Shown here: piece after piece, positions 40,991 through 55,822 of the stretch
How positions within the stretch are numbered: position 1 is the stretch's first letter
Layout: each line of letters starts with the position of its first letter
Origin: Octopus sinensis
Taxonomy: Eukaryota
Direction: 5' to 3'
Assembly (NCBI RefSeq): GCF_006345805.1
Contig: NW_021834179.1
Coordinates: 12,336 to 76,335, forward strand
Length of the DNA stretch: 64,000 bases
Translations under genes and position numbers: made by a program
Notes under the pieces: model-generated
Seen by the model: only the letters and a program-made list of their open reading frames with translations
The model's database searches: none
Told to the model about the DNA's origin: nothing

Positions 40991-41181
40991 GTGGACATAG
41001 ATGACACAGACACAGAACTACCCCCCCGTCTTTAGCACAGAAGATTTCATTGGTTTGTCATATGAAAGACCAAGAACTTCAAGGGCCTCCTGGACATAGA
41101 TGACACAGAACTACCCCACGTCCTTACCACAGAAAATTTCATTGGTCTGTCATATGAAAGACCAAGAATTTCAAGGGCCTC
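40991..41181. repeat. ~95-bp tandem duplication
   Basis: tggacatagatgacacaga..gtcatatgaaagaccaagaa(c/t)ttcaagggcctc occurs twice. Confidence 0.9.
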
Positions 41182-42359
41182 GAGATGGTACTACTCTGGT
41201 GTGTGGTCTGCATTTTAAAGGGCAGTTACTTCAGGCTTCTCTTTAGTTTACTCTTCAATGTCTAAAGAGAAACTGTGAAATTTTGTTTTGGTACCCCTAC
41301 CAGTCATCCGAAAATTTGACACAGAGATAGATTGAAAAGGACTTTTTTTATTCAATCAGTAAAATATAGAAAAACATTTCCGTAGCGGATAGAGCAATAA
41401 GTTTGGCAGTCATGAGTTTTGCAACGTAAAGATGACAAAATTTCACCGTTTCCCTTTTTCTTCCATCTTCCATTCCTTTATTTCTCTCCATCACAACGAT
41501 GAGATGGTGCAACATTTTATTCATTATCTAAAAGTCCATTTCTTCGTAAAAATGCAAATACCTCCTCTCGCCGCTGTGTATAAATCTTTAGCCAAAATCT
41601 TCAGAGCTTTTAGAAATTGCAAATTATAGAAAAAAAGTAACCTAAAGTATTTTGCCTTTAATTTGTGAATCCCACACCCAGCACCACCCTCATGTTTTTA
41701 TTTCAGAATTTACTTTTTCTTAGACTAGTTGCCTTAACGAAGCTGTAGAGTTCAGTCTATCCTACGAGTCAAAGGTTAGCAAAATTACGGCATTGGTAAG
41801 AAAACTCTCAGCAACCAGTCTTCATATTGTGTCAGAGTAATAAAATAATGATTTAAACTAAACATAAAATAATAACGGTATATATATAAAAGAATATGAA
41901 AAACATAATAATGATAATGTTTTAAAAGCAAACTGCTGGAAGTTAACAAAGTTGAAAGGTTAAAAAGTCTGCCAGGTTTTCCGTTGAGTCTTACTAGTAA
42001 CATTGTGACCCAGGACAAAGTGCTGCATGGATGGGTTGTTGGCGACTCAACCAGTGAAACGTCCAAGATTGCTTGGTGAGGAGGTGTTTGTTGGACAACG
42101 AGGGGCGGGGGTGAGAAACTAGAAAGGAAACAGAAAGAAGTGGTGGAAAGACGGATGGACATGTGCACACACACACACACACGCACACACACACACACCA
42201 TTGCTTACGACGGGCTTCTTTCAGTGTCCGTCAACGAACTCCACTCACAAGACTTTTCAAAAGCGAATGAATAATGCGAAATTCTTTTCATTTCATGTCC
42301 TTTGTCTGGAAATCTTTCGTCACACATCCTGTGACCTCTTCATAGAATAAGAACAATAA

Positions 42360-42750
42360 TCCTTTCTACTTATAGGCACAAGGCCTGAAATTGTGGGGAG
42401 GGGGAGAGGGGATTAGATCGACCCCAGTACTCAAATGGTACTCAAGCACGAAATGAGGAAAGGCGAAGTTGACCTCGGCGGAATTTGAACTCAGAACATA
42501 GCGGCAGACGAAATACCTATTTCTTTACTACCCACAAGGGGTTAAACACAGAGGACAAACAAGGACAGACAAACGGAATAAGTCAATTACAACGAGCTCA
42601 GTGCGTAACTGGTACTTATTTAATCGACCCTCGAAAGGATGAAAGGCAAAGTCGATCTCGGCGGAATTTGAACTCAGCACGTAACGGCGGACGAAATACC
42701 GCTAAGCATTTCGCCCGGCGTGCTAACGTCTCTGCCAGCTCGCCACCTTA
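42360..42750 (-). mobile_element. Dimeric SINE family 1 element
   Basis: Two cores and one intact head (ggcgagctggcagagacgttagcacgccgggcgaaatgcttagcgg on the minus strand). Confidence 0.82.
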
Positions 42751-43129
42751 CAACGCATAATTATTGATGACGTGAAAAGCAATCACAGATTTTATAGTGA
42801 AAGGTACATAACTTTTGCAGAGAAGTCCCTTAGTCTTTTAATAAAATTTGCTAAGGCAGAAGTTTAGGTTCTAAGCTGCTCCAAGTCAACTTTCGTCTTT
42901 CGTTCTTCCCTGGACAATGGAATAATGCACCAATCGCATTCCATTCCGATTTTATCGATTATGCCCCGCATCATCGATTAAAATCTTGTGATTATGTTAG
43001 AAATTAGGAAATAGTTCAAGGAAGCATATAGGTGGAAAAGACTGGTCTTCCATATGTTGTGGTGATCTTCAGGGAGGAATTCCTCATTCTGGCCAGAGTG
43101 ACGCAGGAAGAAGCGAGAGAGAGGACAAG

Positions 43130-44260
43130 GTAGATACCCGCATTTCTGGCAAACCCGATATGTTGACAAGAGGAGGGGACACTTAATCTGTTTGTAAAGA
43201 TTCTATCAACAACCCCTTCACGTGCACTTATAGTGACATCAGGAGGGACCAGTTGCAGGGTTCTGGCAAGTTACTGCCTAGGCTGCCAGAACCAACAATG
43301 GAATGGAATCTGAAGGAACCGAGCATCAGTGAAATGGGAAAAGGATGAGGATGGTGAGATTTATCACAGCATAATTGAGTGGTCTATAAGAACTGCTGGA
43401 AGCTACTCTATCGGGTGTGGAGGGTCCTACATATAACCTGGAGGAGAAGATAGGTTACCCAGTCACAGACATACATCGAAGGGATGAATATACCGAAGGA
43501 GACAAGGGCCGAGATTATCAACCTATGTTGAGTCATCCCCTTACTCAGTGTAGATAGCAAGATTCTCTTAGACATTCTGTTTGAGTGACCCTCCAACTTT
43601 CTGCTAAAGAACAATTGTATAGACAGGGTTTTACGGAAGGGAGTCATACTGAGCTGGGTGTCACTGGTTTCCCTGTACTTTTGGTTAAAAAAAAGTGAAA
43701 CACATTTCAAGAGACATCTGCAGAAATATTCCACTATAGGTGGTCTTACATTCTATTAGAAACAACAGCCAACTGCCATTGAATTTGCATTATTTCTCTG
43801 CATCTTGTGATACTGCATTTAGATCTGCAGAAATTTTCATAGACACAAATACATCTCAGAGAATCATGCAATGAGCAAATAAATAGGATTTTTATCATAC
43901 AGATTTAACTTGAACCCCTATTTGTCTCCCTAACACAGCTGCTGCACCTTAATTATTTAATCCAATACAGTCATACAACCCAAGGCCTATTTCTCTGAAA
44001 CAGTCATCTACTTTTTGAAAAATATTTCCATCTAACAATCGACAGAACAATGGGCCTTCGTGGGCCCTGTTCCATATTAATTTTAGTCATTGCGTCTAAT
44101 TGAATTCCATATTTAGAAAGCTTTTTCAAATCTTCCAGTAATTTTCTCCAATTAATCATCATTAATGTCTGGAATACAGCTACCAACAATATTATTTGAG
44201 AGACAAACTTTCTTCGATTAACCTGCATTTGCTTTTTCCATTAATAATTTCTGTGGTTTT
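43130..44260 (-). mobile_element. RTE-like LINE, 3' half (late RT to C-terminus), very degenerate
   Basis: KLSKYGIQL..TKINM, DGNIFQKVD, AAAVLGR, CRCLLKC, LEGHSNRMSKRILLSTL. Confidence 0.6.
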
Positions 44261-44989
44261 CGTTTCTCCTGGCAACAAAAATTCTTCCCCAACGCAGCAT
44301 GTTTTTGTTTCTTTTTTTTGGCTATTTTCTGCACGTGGTCACTTTTATAAATATAAATTAAATTAAAAGAAAATATATTCCAATAAATCATATAAACAGT
44401 AACTTATGGTTTTTGTATGACTGAGCTTTGGCAATTAACAAGTATTTTTTAACAAAAGCAAACCAAACAAAACAATTACTCACGAGCTAAAAAAAAACAC
44501 GTCTGAACGATAGCTTAAACTGTGCTCTATAATTTGTTATTACCTATAGAGGCGATACAAAGAAAATGACAACACAATCATGAATGATTTGACGATGTAG
44601 AGCAATTGGGGTCAATTAAAAATTGTACGACAGGCGTCTTTAATTTTTCGTCAACGAAAACCTCTCACAAGGCTCTGGTAGGCCCGAGTTGTCAGGCAGT
44701 GAGACTGAACTTGAAGGCGCGTGGTTGGAAAACAGCTTCTTATCACACAGCCAATAAAAATATTAGAAATATTAAAATTGCTAAGGCTCCTAAAAGAGAA
44801 CACGGCAGCGTTCCCGGAAATAATAGTTATCGCCATACTAATATGGCATTCTTATAAAAATAAGAATAAAGCTGTCCGCTTATTAGCTCCATGAGGCCAT
44901 CGCCTTAAGTTAGCTATTTGATACACAAACTGTATCCATATAACCTTCGAAAAAGGGAGGTCAGTCGCTCCACACTACTTGACCGGCAG

Positions 44990-45029
44990 CTACACACGCG
45001 TTTCGGGGTATTGCCCCTTTTCAATGCAG
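44990..45029 (-). ncRNA. Hammerhead motif, U3-A8 variant, with G at the cleavage position (likely impaired)
   Basis: CUGCA-UUGAAAA-GGGG-caaua-CCCC-GAA-ACGCGU-G-UGUAG. Confidence 0.68.
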
Positions 45030-45108
45030 CGTAGCCAGACCAGTAGGTGTCGCTTCTGGTATTTGCAAAGGGAGGCCATCCCTTTCTCGTAAGCCTGAGT
45101 GATACTCA

Positions 45109-45145
45109 CCGGACCGGTTTCGAGATTATTGTCTCTTATCAACGG
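45109..45145 (-). ncRNA. Minimal hammerhead ribozyme, U3-A8 variant
   Basis: CCG-UUGAUAA-GAGA-caauaa-UCUC-GAA-ACCGGU-C-CGG. Confidence 0.78.
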
Positions 45146-45174
45146 GCGGTAACCACCATGTCCACACACACCCG

Positions 45175-45217
<43 letters not shown>

Positions 45218-45256
45218 TAATAAGAAGACGAATAAGAATAATATATTATATGTATA

Positions 45257-45313
<57 letters not shown>

Positions 45314-45383
45314 TCCCGGGTTGAGTCGGGGTTAACCACAGTAAATAAGGTACTCAATACATAGCAGAGTAAATTAATTTATT

Positions 45384-45663
45384 TTATAGAAGGAGCTTCT
45401 ACGGGACTAGAACTGTTTCATTCAAAAGGAATCGTCAGGAAACTAGGTGACAAGAGTAGTTTTGGCATTTATACATTTAGGCAGGTTTAAAGGGGTGGTG
45501 GTGGGGGACTTTTTTGGGGTAGACATGGCGCAAACTATCATTCTTAGGGGAGTGGTCAAAGGAATCAGTGGTAAAGTAGATAAAAGAATAAATAAAGGAA
45601 TAAAGGAATAAATAGAAAAATAGAGTTTTAGGTAAGTAAGGAGACTCTCACTTATACATATAC

Positions 45664-45705
<42 letters not shown>

Positions 45706-46543
45706 GTACATATACACATACACACACACACATACACATATGTATACATATACATACATACATATACACACATATACATACATACACATATACATATATA
45801 CATACACATACGTACACATACACACATACACCCATATACACATGTACATATGTACCCATATACATGTATCTACGTACACGCCCATACCCATACTCATACA
45901 TACACTTATATATGTCTACACACATATATATATTAAAGGGATATACACCCCATACACACACGCTCCCATATCCATATATATATATATATATATACATATA
46001 TATTTACACACACCCATATACACATATAAATACATACATACACATACATACGTATACATATATATATATATAATATATATATATATTATACATATATATA
46101 TATATATACACACATATTATACACACACACACATACATACACATTAAATGCATATACATGCACACACATACACACACATTTCTTCCCTTATTTTATTTTT
46201 ATTTTTTTTTGTTTTTATTTTTATTTTTATCTTGACCTCGGCCAGCCAGTCCGGCACTGAAGTGATGTCGTCCCAAGGGAACTAGTCTAAAGAATCCATT
46301 TTGCATTGCCCTCTCCCTTCCTTTCTATCTTTCTACTCACTGATACGAACACAAACACTCACACACGCACACACACTCACACGTACACTCATACACATAC
46401 ACACACACATGTGTTATATTCATACATACATACATCTATACACCCACAAAAGATAGTCCATACATATACACAAATAATATATACACAATAAATATATATA
46501 CATATACATATACACATACATACGCATACATACACACACACAC

Positions 46544-46610
<67 letters not shown>

Positions 46611-47296
46611 ACATATATATATATATATATACACATACACAAACACGTACGCGCATACCTACATATACATACACACATATATACATACACACATATATAC
46701 ATACACCAGTCATATACATGCCTATATACCCATACATCCATATATCTATACATATACATACACGTATATATACACAAGCACATACTAATACACACGCACA
46801 CACATCTATCTACATATATAAAAAAGAAACCCAACAAGTCCATACATGTACACATACATACATGCATATACACATATATACCCATACACATATACACATA
46901 CATACACATACACATATATATACACACATAAATATATTACATATATACACATGCATATACAGACACACATGCATACACATACACACACCGCCGCATCTAT
47001 ATATACACATAAGTACATACATGCATAAATGTATACATATGTTTATACATATTCATACACATACACACACACCACGCCATCCTTATATACATAAATACAT
47101 ACATGCATACAACATATACATATACATACATGCATACTCAAATAATAAATATTAAATATATATACATGCAGTTACCCATTATACAGACATACATACATAT
47201 AAACATACACATATACCTATTTACACATATGTATATATACATACATACATACACATACCATAACTCTACTACCTACATATACATAAACACAATCGT

Positions 47297-47343
<47 letters not shown>

Positions 47344-49839
47344 CATACATATACACATATACATACACATACACATGCATATACACGCACGTAAATACAC
47401 GCACTCACATACATACGTATATTCCTACTAACACCCATACATTTCTATACATATATACAATACATATATACAAGTGTACACATACAATATGTGAATAGTC
47501 TTAGGAGAAAAGGTAATTGGGGGTGCTGGGGAACGGTGGGGTGGGGGTTGTGAGGGGGGGTGTCGTCAATCGAGTTGCCGGGTGGGTCTGTAGTTTTGTA
47601 GTTTGCATAAATTTTATGCATGCAATTTGGGGAGTGGTAGTAGTCACTTATTTCAGCCGAGTCGCTAGCACCCATTCTTGTCAGCATTTTTTCTGGTGAT
47701 GGTTAAAGGCACTGGGGTGTGCAGGATATGTTTCGACGTCAGATGGGTGCTAGCGACTCGGCTGAAATAAGTGATCTTGTGGGCCTTTCATCCTCCATAG
47801 GCTGAAGACCCTATTCACAGGCCTCTCGGTGGTCTTTACCGCGATGATGGCCTTTTTTGCCCTCCACAAAATAACCCCAGGACCACGGATGGGTTCCGGA
47901 AATCTTTACACTTTTTTTAAAAACTTGGACTTGGGATTACCTTAGAATCCAACTTAACCAAAGCTAACTTCCTTGACGTTACCCTCGACTTAAAAACCTC
48001 ACTTTATTACCCGTACCACAAACCAAATGAATCCCTTAGATATATAGACATTAATTCCAACCACCCCAAAAATATATTAGACAACCAAGTAAAAAGTGTC
48101 TCAATTAGAATATCTAGCCTGTCCGCTACAAACATATTACAACGAGGCCTGGCCCGCAGTGGCTTTGAAGATAGATCACCTATACTAGCATAGCCCCACG
48201 CCAACCCAGGAAAAATAGGCGAAGAACATTATTGGTGTACAACCCCTCCCCCCATCTTCAACCGTGAGGTCGCTACACCTGTAGCTAAAATCTTCTCACA
48301 CTCCTACAGAAACACTTCCCCACCCAACATAAGTACTATACACTCCTAAATAAGAACACCATTATACTCTCCTACTCTACCACGCCCAATCTAGCCAGAA
48401 CCTAGCCAACAATAACGTGAAAAAACTTAGAAATCTACTTTTTCCGAGGCCCATCCAACATCCGATAGCAATTGCAATGCCCTGATAAAACCACTTGCCC
48501 CTCAACACAACTGCCTACAGAAGGACCTCGTCTACACATGCGAGGTACGATCAGGCCCGATGATAAAAGGAAATCGTACATCGGAATGACGTCAAACAGC
48601 TTTAAGACTCGTTGGTACGCCACACACATTCGTTCCGGCGACCTGACAAATCCAACCAAACTACCCTCGCCGCCCACATCTGGTACCTTAAAAGGAACTC
48701 CATCCCCTTCATGATCAAGTGGAGACTACTACAGAGGGCGCGTTCGTACACAGGAGGCCATACCTGCTGTGACCTTTGCATTTCTGAGGGCCTGGAGATC
48801 TTGTTCGACAAAGGCCTCTCCTCAACAAGATCTCGGAACACTCCCCAAATTGCATGCATAAAATTTATGCAAACTACAAAAACTACAGACCCACCAGGCA
48901 ACTCGATTGACGACACCCCTCACAACCCCCCACCCCACCGTTCCCACACCCCCAATTACCTTTTCTCCTAAGACTATTCACATATTGTATGTGTACACTT
49001 GTATATATGTTGTATATATGTATAGAAATGTATGGGTGTTAGTAGGAATATACGTATGTATGTGAGTGCGTGTATTTACGTGCGTGTATATGCATGTGTA
49101 TGTGTATGTATATGTGTATATGTATGTTTGTAATATATATATATTATATATATATATATATTTGGTGTGTGTGTGTGTGTGTACGATTGTTGTTTATGTA
49201 TATGTAGGTATGTAGATTATGTGTATGTGTATGTATGTATGTATAATACATATGTGTAAATAGGTATATATGTGTATGTTTATATGTATGTATCCGTCTG
49301 TATAATGGGTAACTGCATGTATATATATTATTTATTATTTGAGTATGCATGTATGTATATATGTATATGTTGTATGCATGTATGTATTTATGTATATAAG
49401 GATGTGCGTGTGTGTGTGTATGTGTATGAATATGTATAAACATATGTATACATTTATGCATGTATGTACTTATGTGTATATATAGATGCGCGTGTGTGTG
49501 TATGTGTATGCATGTGTGTCTGTATATGCATGTGTATATATGTATATATATTTATGTGTGTATATTATGTGTATGTGTATGTATGTATATGTGTATGGGT
49601 ATATATGTGTTATGCATGTATGTATGTGTACATGTATGGACTTGTTGGGTTTCTTTTTTATATTGTAGATAGATGTGTGTTCGTGTGTATTAGTATGTGC
49701 TTGTGTTATATACGTGTATGTATATGTATAGATATATGGATGTATGGGTATATAGGCATGTATATGACTGGTGTATGTATATATGTGTGTATGTATTATG
49801 TGTGTATGTATATGTAGGTATGCGCGTACGTGTTTTGTG

Positions 49840-49883
<44 letters not shown>

Positions 49884-50619
49884 TATATGTATATGTATAT
49901 ATATATATATTGTGTGTGTGTGTGTATGCGTATGTATGTGTATATGTATATGTATATATTTATTTGTGGTATATATTTATTTGTGTATATGTATGGACTA
50001 GTCTTTTGTGGGTGTATAGATGTATGTATGTATGAATATAACACATGTGTGTGTGTATGCTTGTGCATGTGTGTGTATGGGTGGTATATCCCCTTTAATA
50101 TATATATATGTGTGTAGACATATATAAGTGTATGTATGAGTATGGGTATGGCGTGTACGTAGATACATGTATATGGGTACATATGTACATGTGTATATGG
50201 GTGTATGTGTGTATGTGTACGTATGTGTATGTGTATATATGTATATGTGTATGTATGTATATGTGTGTATACGTATGTATATATATGTATACATATGTGT
50301 ATGTGTATATGTACATACACACCACATATATATATGTATATATATGTATATGTATATGTATAGTGAGAGTCTCCTTATTTACCTAAAACTCTATTTTTCT
50401 ATTTATTCTTTATTCCTTTATTTATTCTTTTATCTACTTTACCACCGATTCCTTTGACCACTCCCCTAAGAATGATAGTTTGCGCCATGCCTACCCCCAA
50501 AAAAGTCCCCCACCCCTTTAAACCTGCCTAAATGTATAAATGCCAAAACTACTCTTGTCACCTATCTTCCTGATGATTTCTTTTGAATGAAACAGTTCTA
50601 GTCCTGTAGAAGCTCCTTC

Positions 50620-50624
<5 letters not shown>
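45384..50624 (+). mobile_element. Duplicate of the PLE with its inverted arm (arm 45384-47636, body about 47676-50624; HHRs at 45396-45442 - and 50566-50612 +)
   Basis: Colinear with 65-5307; the GIY-YIG frame carries extra 1-bp indels. Confidence 0.88.
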
Positions 50625-50684
<60 letters not shown>

Positions 50685-50686
<2 letters not shown>

Positions 50687-52835
50687 TTTCCCCAATGTGG
50701 AATGGCCTGGAAGGCAGATGCTCCCAGGGATGACACACCATCAGCAGGCACAATCGGAGTCCCTGCTCCATCTCATAAATGCCTCTTTAATGGAGCAAAT
50801 TGTGCTTCAACCAACCAGGGCAAATAATATACTGGATCTCTGCCTCACAAACAATATAGACATTATCCATAATGTTTAAGTGATGCCGACATTGGTCTCG
50901 GATCACAACATAATAGAGCTGTCTATGCATGGACCAAAAGCTCCCGCAGACGCACGGCCTATACGAAGCATCCACAATCTCCCCAAACTAAACTTTCATA
51001 AAGCAAATTAGAAGTTGATTGAGAAAGAGATCCTCAAACAGGATTAGCCTAAATGTCCTTCCACACCATGAAATACAAACGTTTCATGTCCATTATACAA
51101 CCCATATACGACAAATATGTTCCAGTGTGCAGGTCCAGTACAAACAAAACAGGATCCCTAGAGAAAGGAGGATTTTATGAGACGACGGACAAGGATTGCG
51201 AACCGACTGAGCAAGCACACCAAAAGTGGTGAAAAGTCTCGCCTCGAGAGAATGTTAATGGAAATTGAGAAATGTCTGCATCAGTCCCATGAAAAGGAGA
51301 GAGCAGATAAAGAAGCTTGGGTAATAGAAAATATCAAGTCAAACCCTAAAGCTTTCTTTAAGTTTGCCAAAGATACAGCCACAGTGCGTCAGAGGATAGG
51401 ACCGCTCTTCTAAAAAGATGGCTCCCTCACAGGAAATCCCACGTGGGTAAGTGAAATACTGAACGAACAGTTCCAAAGTGCGTTCCCGACACCTCTAGGA
51501 CACAGGCAAGTAAACAACCAGAAGAGTTTTTGCCACTTTACCTGTAGCCAAAGAGGCAAAAATTGAGTACATCAACATTGAAGATGATGATATCACACTC
51601 GCCATAGATGAGATTGACACAAACTTAGCTGTTGGACCTGATGGATTTCCAGCGATCCTTCTCAAATCGTGCAAACGAGCCCTTGCAAAACCGCTACAGC
51701 TTCTTTTCAGATCTTTCTTGCAAGTGGTAAGCTCCCAGTCAAATTGAAAGAAGGGATAATATGCCCTATCCATAAGGGAGGAAGCAGAGTAATGCTAAAA
51801 ATTATAGGCCTATCTCTCTGACCTCACACATCAGCAAAGTCATGGAACGAATAGTCAGCAAGAAACTAATCATGTTCCTAGAAGAAAATGACTTGCCGAC
51901 TGACAACCAGCATGGATTTCGACCAGGTAGAAGCTGTCTAACACAACTCCTGCAACACTATGACTGGGTGTTAAAACAGCTACTAAATGTCTCAAGTGTG
52001 GATGTGATATATCTCGACTTTGCAAAAGCCTTTGATAAAGTCGACCATGGTATGTTCTGTCACAAACTGCGTGATTTGGGCATAGGCGGAAAACTTGGAG
52101 AGTGGCTGTACAACTTCCTAAAAGATAGAAGGTAGGCAGAACCACCTCCAAGAAAACACAATTAACAAGCGGTGTTCCACAGGGCACTGTCTTGGGGCCA
52201 CTGCTGTTCATAGTGGCCCTTTCAGACATGCCGCTAGTTGCTAAGATGGCCACTCTTGCTAGCTATGCAGATGACACAAAAGTCTCTCACACAAAGCAAA
52301 ACACTGGAGATATTGCACATCTGCAACGGGAGTTGGATACAATATACAGGTGGGCTGAGGACAACAACATGCAGTTTAATGCAGGGGAGTTCCAAGCCCT
52401 GTGCACAAAGGTGAACGACATGCAGACCGGATACACTGGCCCGGGAAGAATTGTAATTCCTGAGTCAAACTCAGTGCGTGACCTGGGCATTGACATGAGC
52501 AATGATGCATCTTAAAAGTTCATATTACTAATTTGGTAATAAAATGCAGACGGTTAACCGGATGGATTCTCCGAACTTACAGAACAAGAGTGAAGGAGTC
52601 ACTGATGGTCCTTTGGAAGACATTTGTCCTCAGTCACTTGGACTACTGCTCCCAACTATGGTCACCACACAATATAAAGTTAACAGCAGAACTCGAAGCA
52701 ATCCAACAAAGCTACACAAAGAAGATCGTCTCACTGCAACATATCAGCTACTGTGAAAGACTGAAAGTACTAAAACTCTTCTCCCTGGAGCGAAGGCGGG
52801 AGAGATATACAGTGATATACATCTGGTGTGTTAGA
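50685..52835 (+). mobile_element. Duplicate CR1-like LINE
   Basis: ORFs 51842, 52192 and 52533 are identical to 6527, 6877 and 7218. Confidence 0.9.
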
Positions 52836-53017
52836 TAGTCAATTACATGGACCTCAGGACATAACTGGTACTAAATTTATAGACCTCGAAATGATGGAAA
52901 GCGAAGTTGACCTCGGGGGAATTTGAACTCAGAACGTAAAGACGAGCGAAATACCACCAAGAATTTTGCCCGGCGTGCTATCGATTCTGCCACCTCGCCG
53001 CCTTAATAATATTAATG

Positions 53018-53095
<78 letters not shown>

Positions 53096-53200
53096 ATAAT
53101 AAAAATAATAATAATAATATAATAATGATGATGATGAGGATATAATAATAATATAATAATAATAATAATAATAATATAAAATAATAATAATAATAATAAT

Positions 53201-55211
53201 CACATAGCTGGATTAAGAAATGCCTAGAAATGTATAAGATAGCACCTGCTCTGCGAAAGTTTTTGTCTGTAAGTATGAGATCATGGAGAACCACACTAAC
53301 TTTGAACAGTGACAATGAATCTCTAAATGCTGGTGATGTAAAAATTTCATGTGGCATTTTTCAGGGTGACTCACTGTCACCACTCCTCTTTTGTTTATCT
53401 TTAATACCTCTCTCAAAGCTGCTCAATGATGCGCAGTACGGGTATAAAATGTTTGATAAAACTATAAATCATCTCATTTATATGGATGATTTAAAGCTCT
53501 TTGCAAAAAACGACCAACAACTCAAGGGCTTACTAGCGATTGTCAAACAATTCAGTGATGACATCAGAATGCAATTTGGCCTCGATAAATGTGCAAAAGC
53601 TACCTTTATCAAAGGAAAAATGACAGAAGCATCTAACGTTAACCTTGACCAGCAGAATGTCATAAAAGAACTAGACCCAGCGGAGAACTACAAGTATCTA
53701 GGGGTAATCGAAGGAGACGGAATAAGGCATTCAGAGATGAAGGAAAGGATCAGGAGAGAATGCTATCGCAGAGTAAGAGCAATACTCAAGACAGAGCTGA
53801 ATGCGAGAAACAGGATCGAAGCGATCAATGCATTAGCCATACGAGTCGTGACTTACAGTTTCAATATCATTAACTGGTCAATTACTGAAATATGTAATCT
53901 TGACAGAAAAATACGAAAACTGTTGAGAATGCATAGAATACGCCACCCTAAGGCAGATATAGATCGACTTTATCTACCAAGAAAAGAGGGAGGCCCTGGT
54001 CTTTTGCAACTGGCAACAACAATGAAGGTTGCTACAATTGGCCTAGACACCTACCTGAAAAACTCTGAGGACTGGATGTTAAAATTTGTCTCAAAACATG
54101 AAAACAAGAAAGCATCATACTCAGTAACAAAACAGGCAAAGGAATATCTAAGTGAATTCCGAATACAACAAATTTCGGAATTAGAGATAGACATACAAGA
54201 AACAAGCACAGAAAAAGCTAAGCGCATGAAAACCCGAGCTGAATCTGCGGCCTTAGATATTCTGAATAATAAATGGCAAGAAAAAACTCTCTATGGCAAA
54301 TACCCAAAGAGAGCGAATAATGCAGATGTTGACAAAGCCCTGACCCATCAATGGCTAAAGGCCTCTGGCTTAAATCTGAAACAGAGGGGTTTATCATAGC
54401 AGCACAAGATCAATGCCTACCAACAAGAAACTACCAGGCCAACATATTAAAGATCAGCCGCAGTCCAACGTGTCGTGTATGCCGACAACAAATGAAACCA
54501 TTGATCATGTGGTCTCCAAGTGCAGTCTTCTAGCGCCTACAGAGTATCTGAACAGGCACGATAGAACTGCACAATATATTCACTGGGAATCTGCAAAACC
54601 TGGATTTGCCCCATGAAAAAACTGGTGGGAACACAACCACCCCCAGTGCTTGAAAATGACCATATCTCACTCCTCTGGAACTTCACCATTCAAACTGACA
54701 GAAATAGATGCGAATAGGCCAGACATCATATTGAAATACTTCAAACAAAGAACATGCCTCCTCATTGATATGACTGTCCCAATCGATATAAACGTATCTG
54801 TCAAGACCTACCAAAAACTGAGCAAATATAAAGATCTTCAAATAGAAATCAGCAAAATGTGGAAGCTGAAGACTAAAACAATACCTGTTGTCATAGGTGC
54901 CCTGGGAATGATAGCAAAGGGGCTGATAGCTACCTAACTCAGATACCAGGAAACCCAAAGTGGCAGAAATTCAAAAGATAGTGCTCATGGGAACTGCTCA
55001 TATCCTACGCAAAATACTTTCTATGTAATCTCAAGGTTTAAAACACATTTTTTCTTTTTTTTTAGACATCCACCAGTACAACACAAAAAACAACCAACTA
55101 TATGGCACACTAGGCATAACAACAACGTGAACTTCCAACCTGTTGTCTCTTGAGGTCTCTGGGTGAGACTTGGAGCCAACTTGTACAAATATAAAGCAAA
55201 AGTCAAACAGA
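53201..55211 (+). mobile_element. Duplicate Dong family B LINE, with a continuous 389-aa RT frame
   Basis: ORF 53230-54399 with QGDSLSP and YMDD; flanked by (TAA)n. Confidence 0.92.
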
Positions 55212-55215
55212 ATAA

Positions 55216-55301
<86 letters not shown>

Positions 55302-55763
55302 GTAATAATAATAATCTTCTCTACTGGAGGCACAAGGCTTCAGATTTGTAGGGAAGGGACCAGTCGATTACTTCGACCCCAGTGTTTCACTGGTACTTAA
55401 TTTTGTCATCCCCGAAAGGATGAAAGGCAAAGTCGACCGCGTCGGAGTTTCAACGCAGAACGTAGCGGCAGACGACATAAGGCTAAGCATTTCATCCGGC
55501 ATACCAATAACAACAACAACAACAATGATAATAACAATAAGAAGATCAAATATATATTGCGCGTGTTTCATTGGCAACAGACGACCATCTCCAAATAGAA
55601 GAATTTCTGTTTTAACACCCAATTTCAAAAATGCATGAACGTAATAATATTAAATATTAAGTAGAAATATTCCGCCGAGGTTGTCTTTGCCTTTTATCCT
55701 TTCGGGGTTGATGAAATCAATATCAGTTAAGTACTGGGGTCGATGTAATAAACTTACTCCCTA

Positions 55764-55822
<59 letters not shown>

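Larger units (their letters stand above)
44870..45145 (-). mobile_element. Tandem pair of hammerhead-bearing pLTR units (about 115-bp spacing)
   Basis: Each unit is an HHR followed by a g(a/g)cctcccttt(g/t)c.aa motif; the tail is homologous to 13600-13666. Confidence 0.72.

Noticed and set aside
41785-42201. 138-aa minus-strand ORF as a host exon or retroelement fragment
   Set aside because: It starts in a (TG)n repeat and has no motif I can recognise with confidence.
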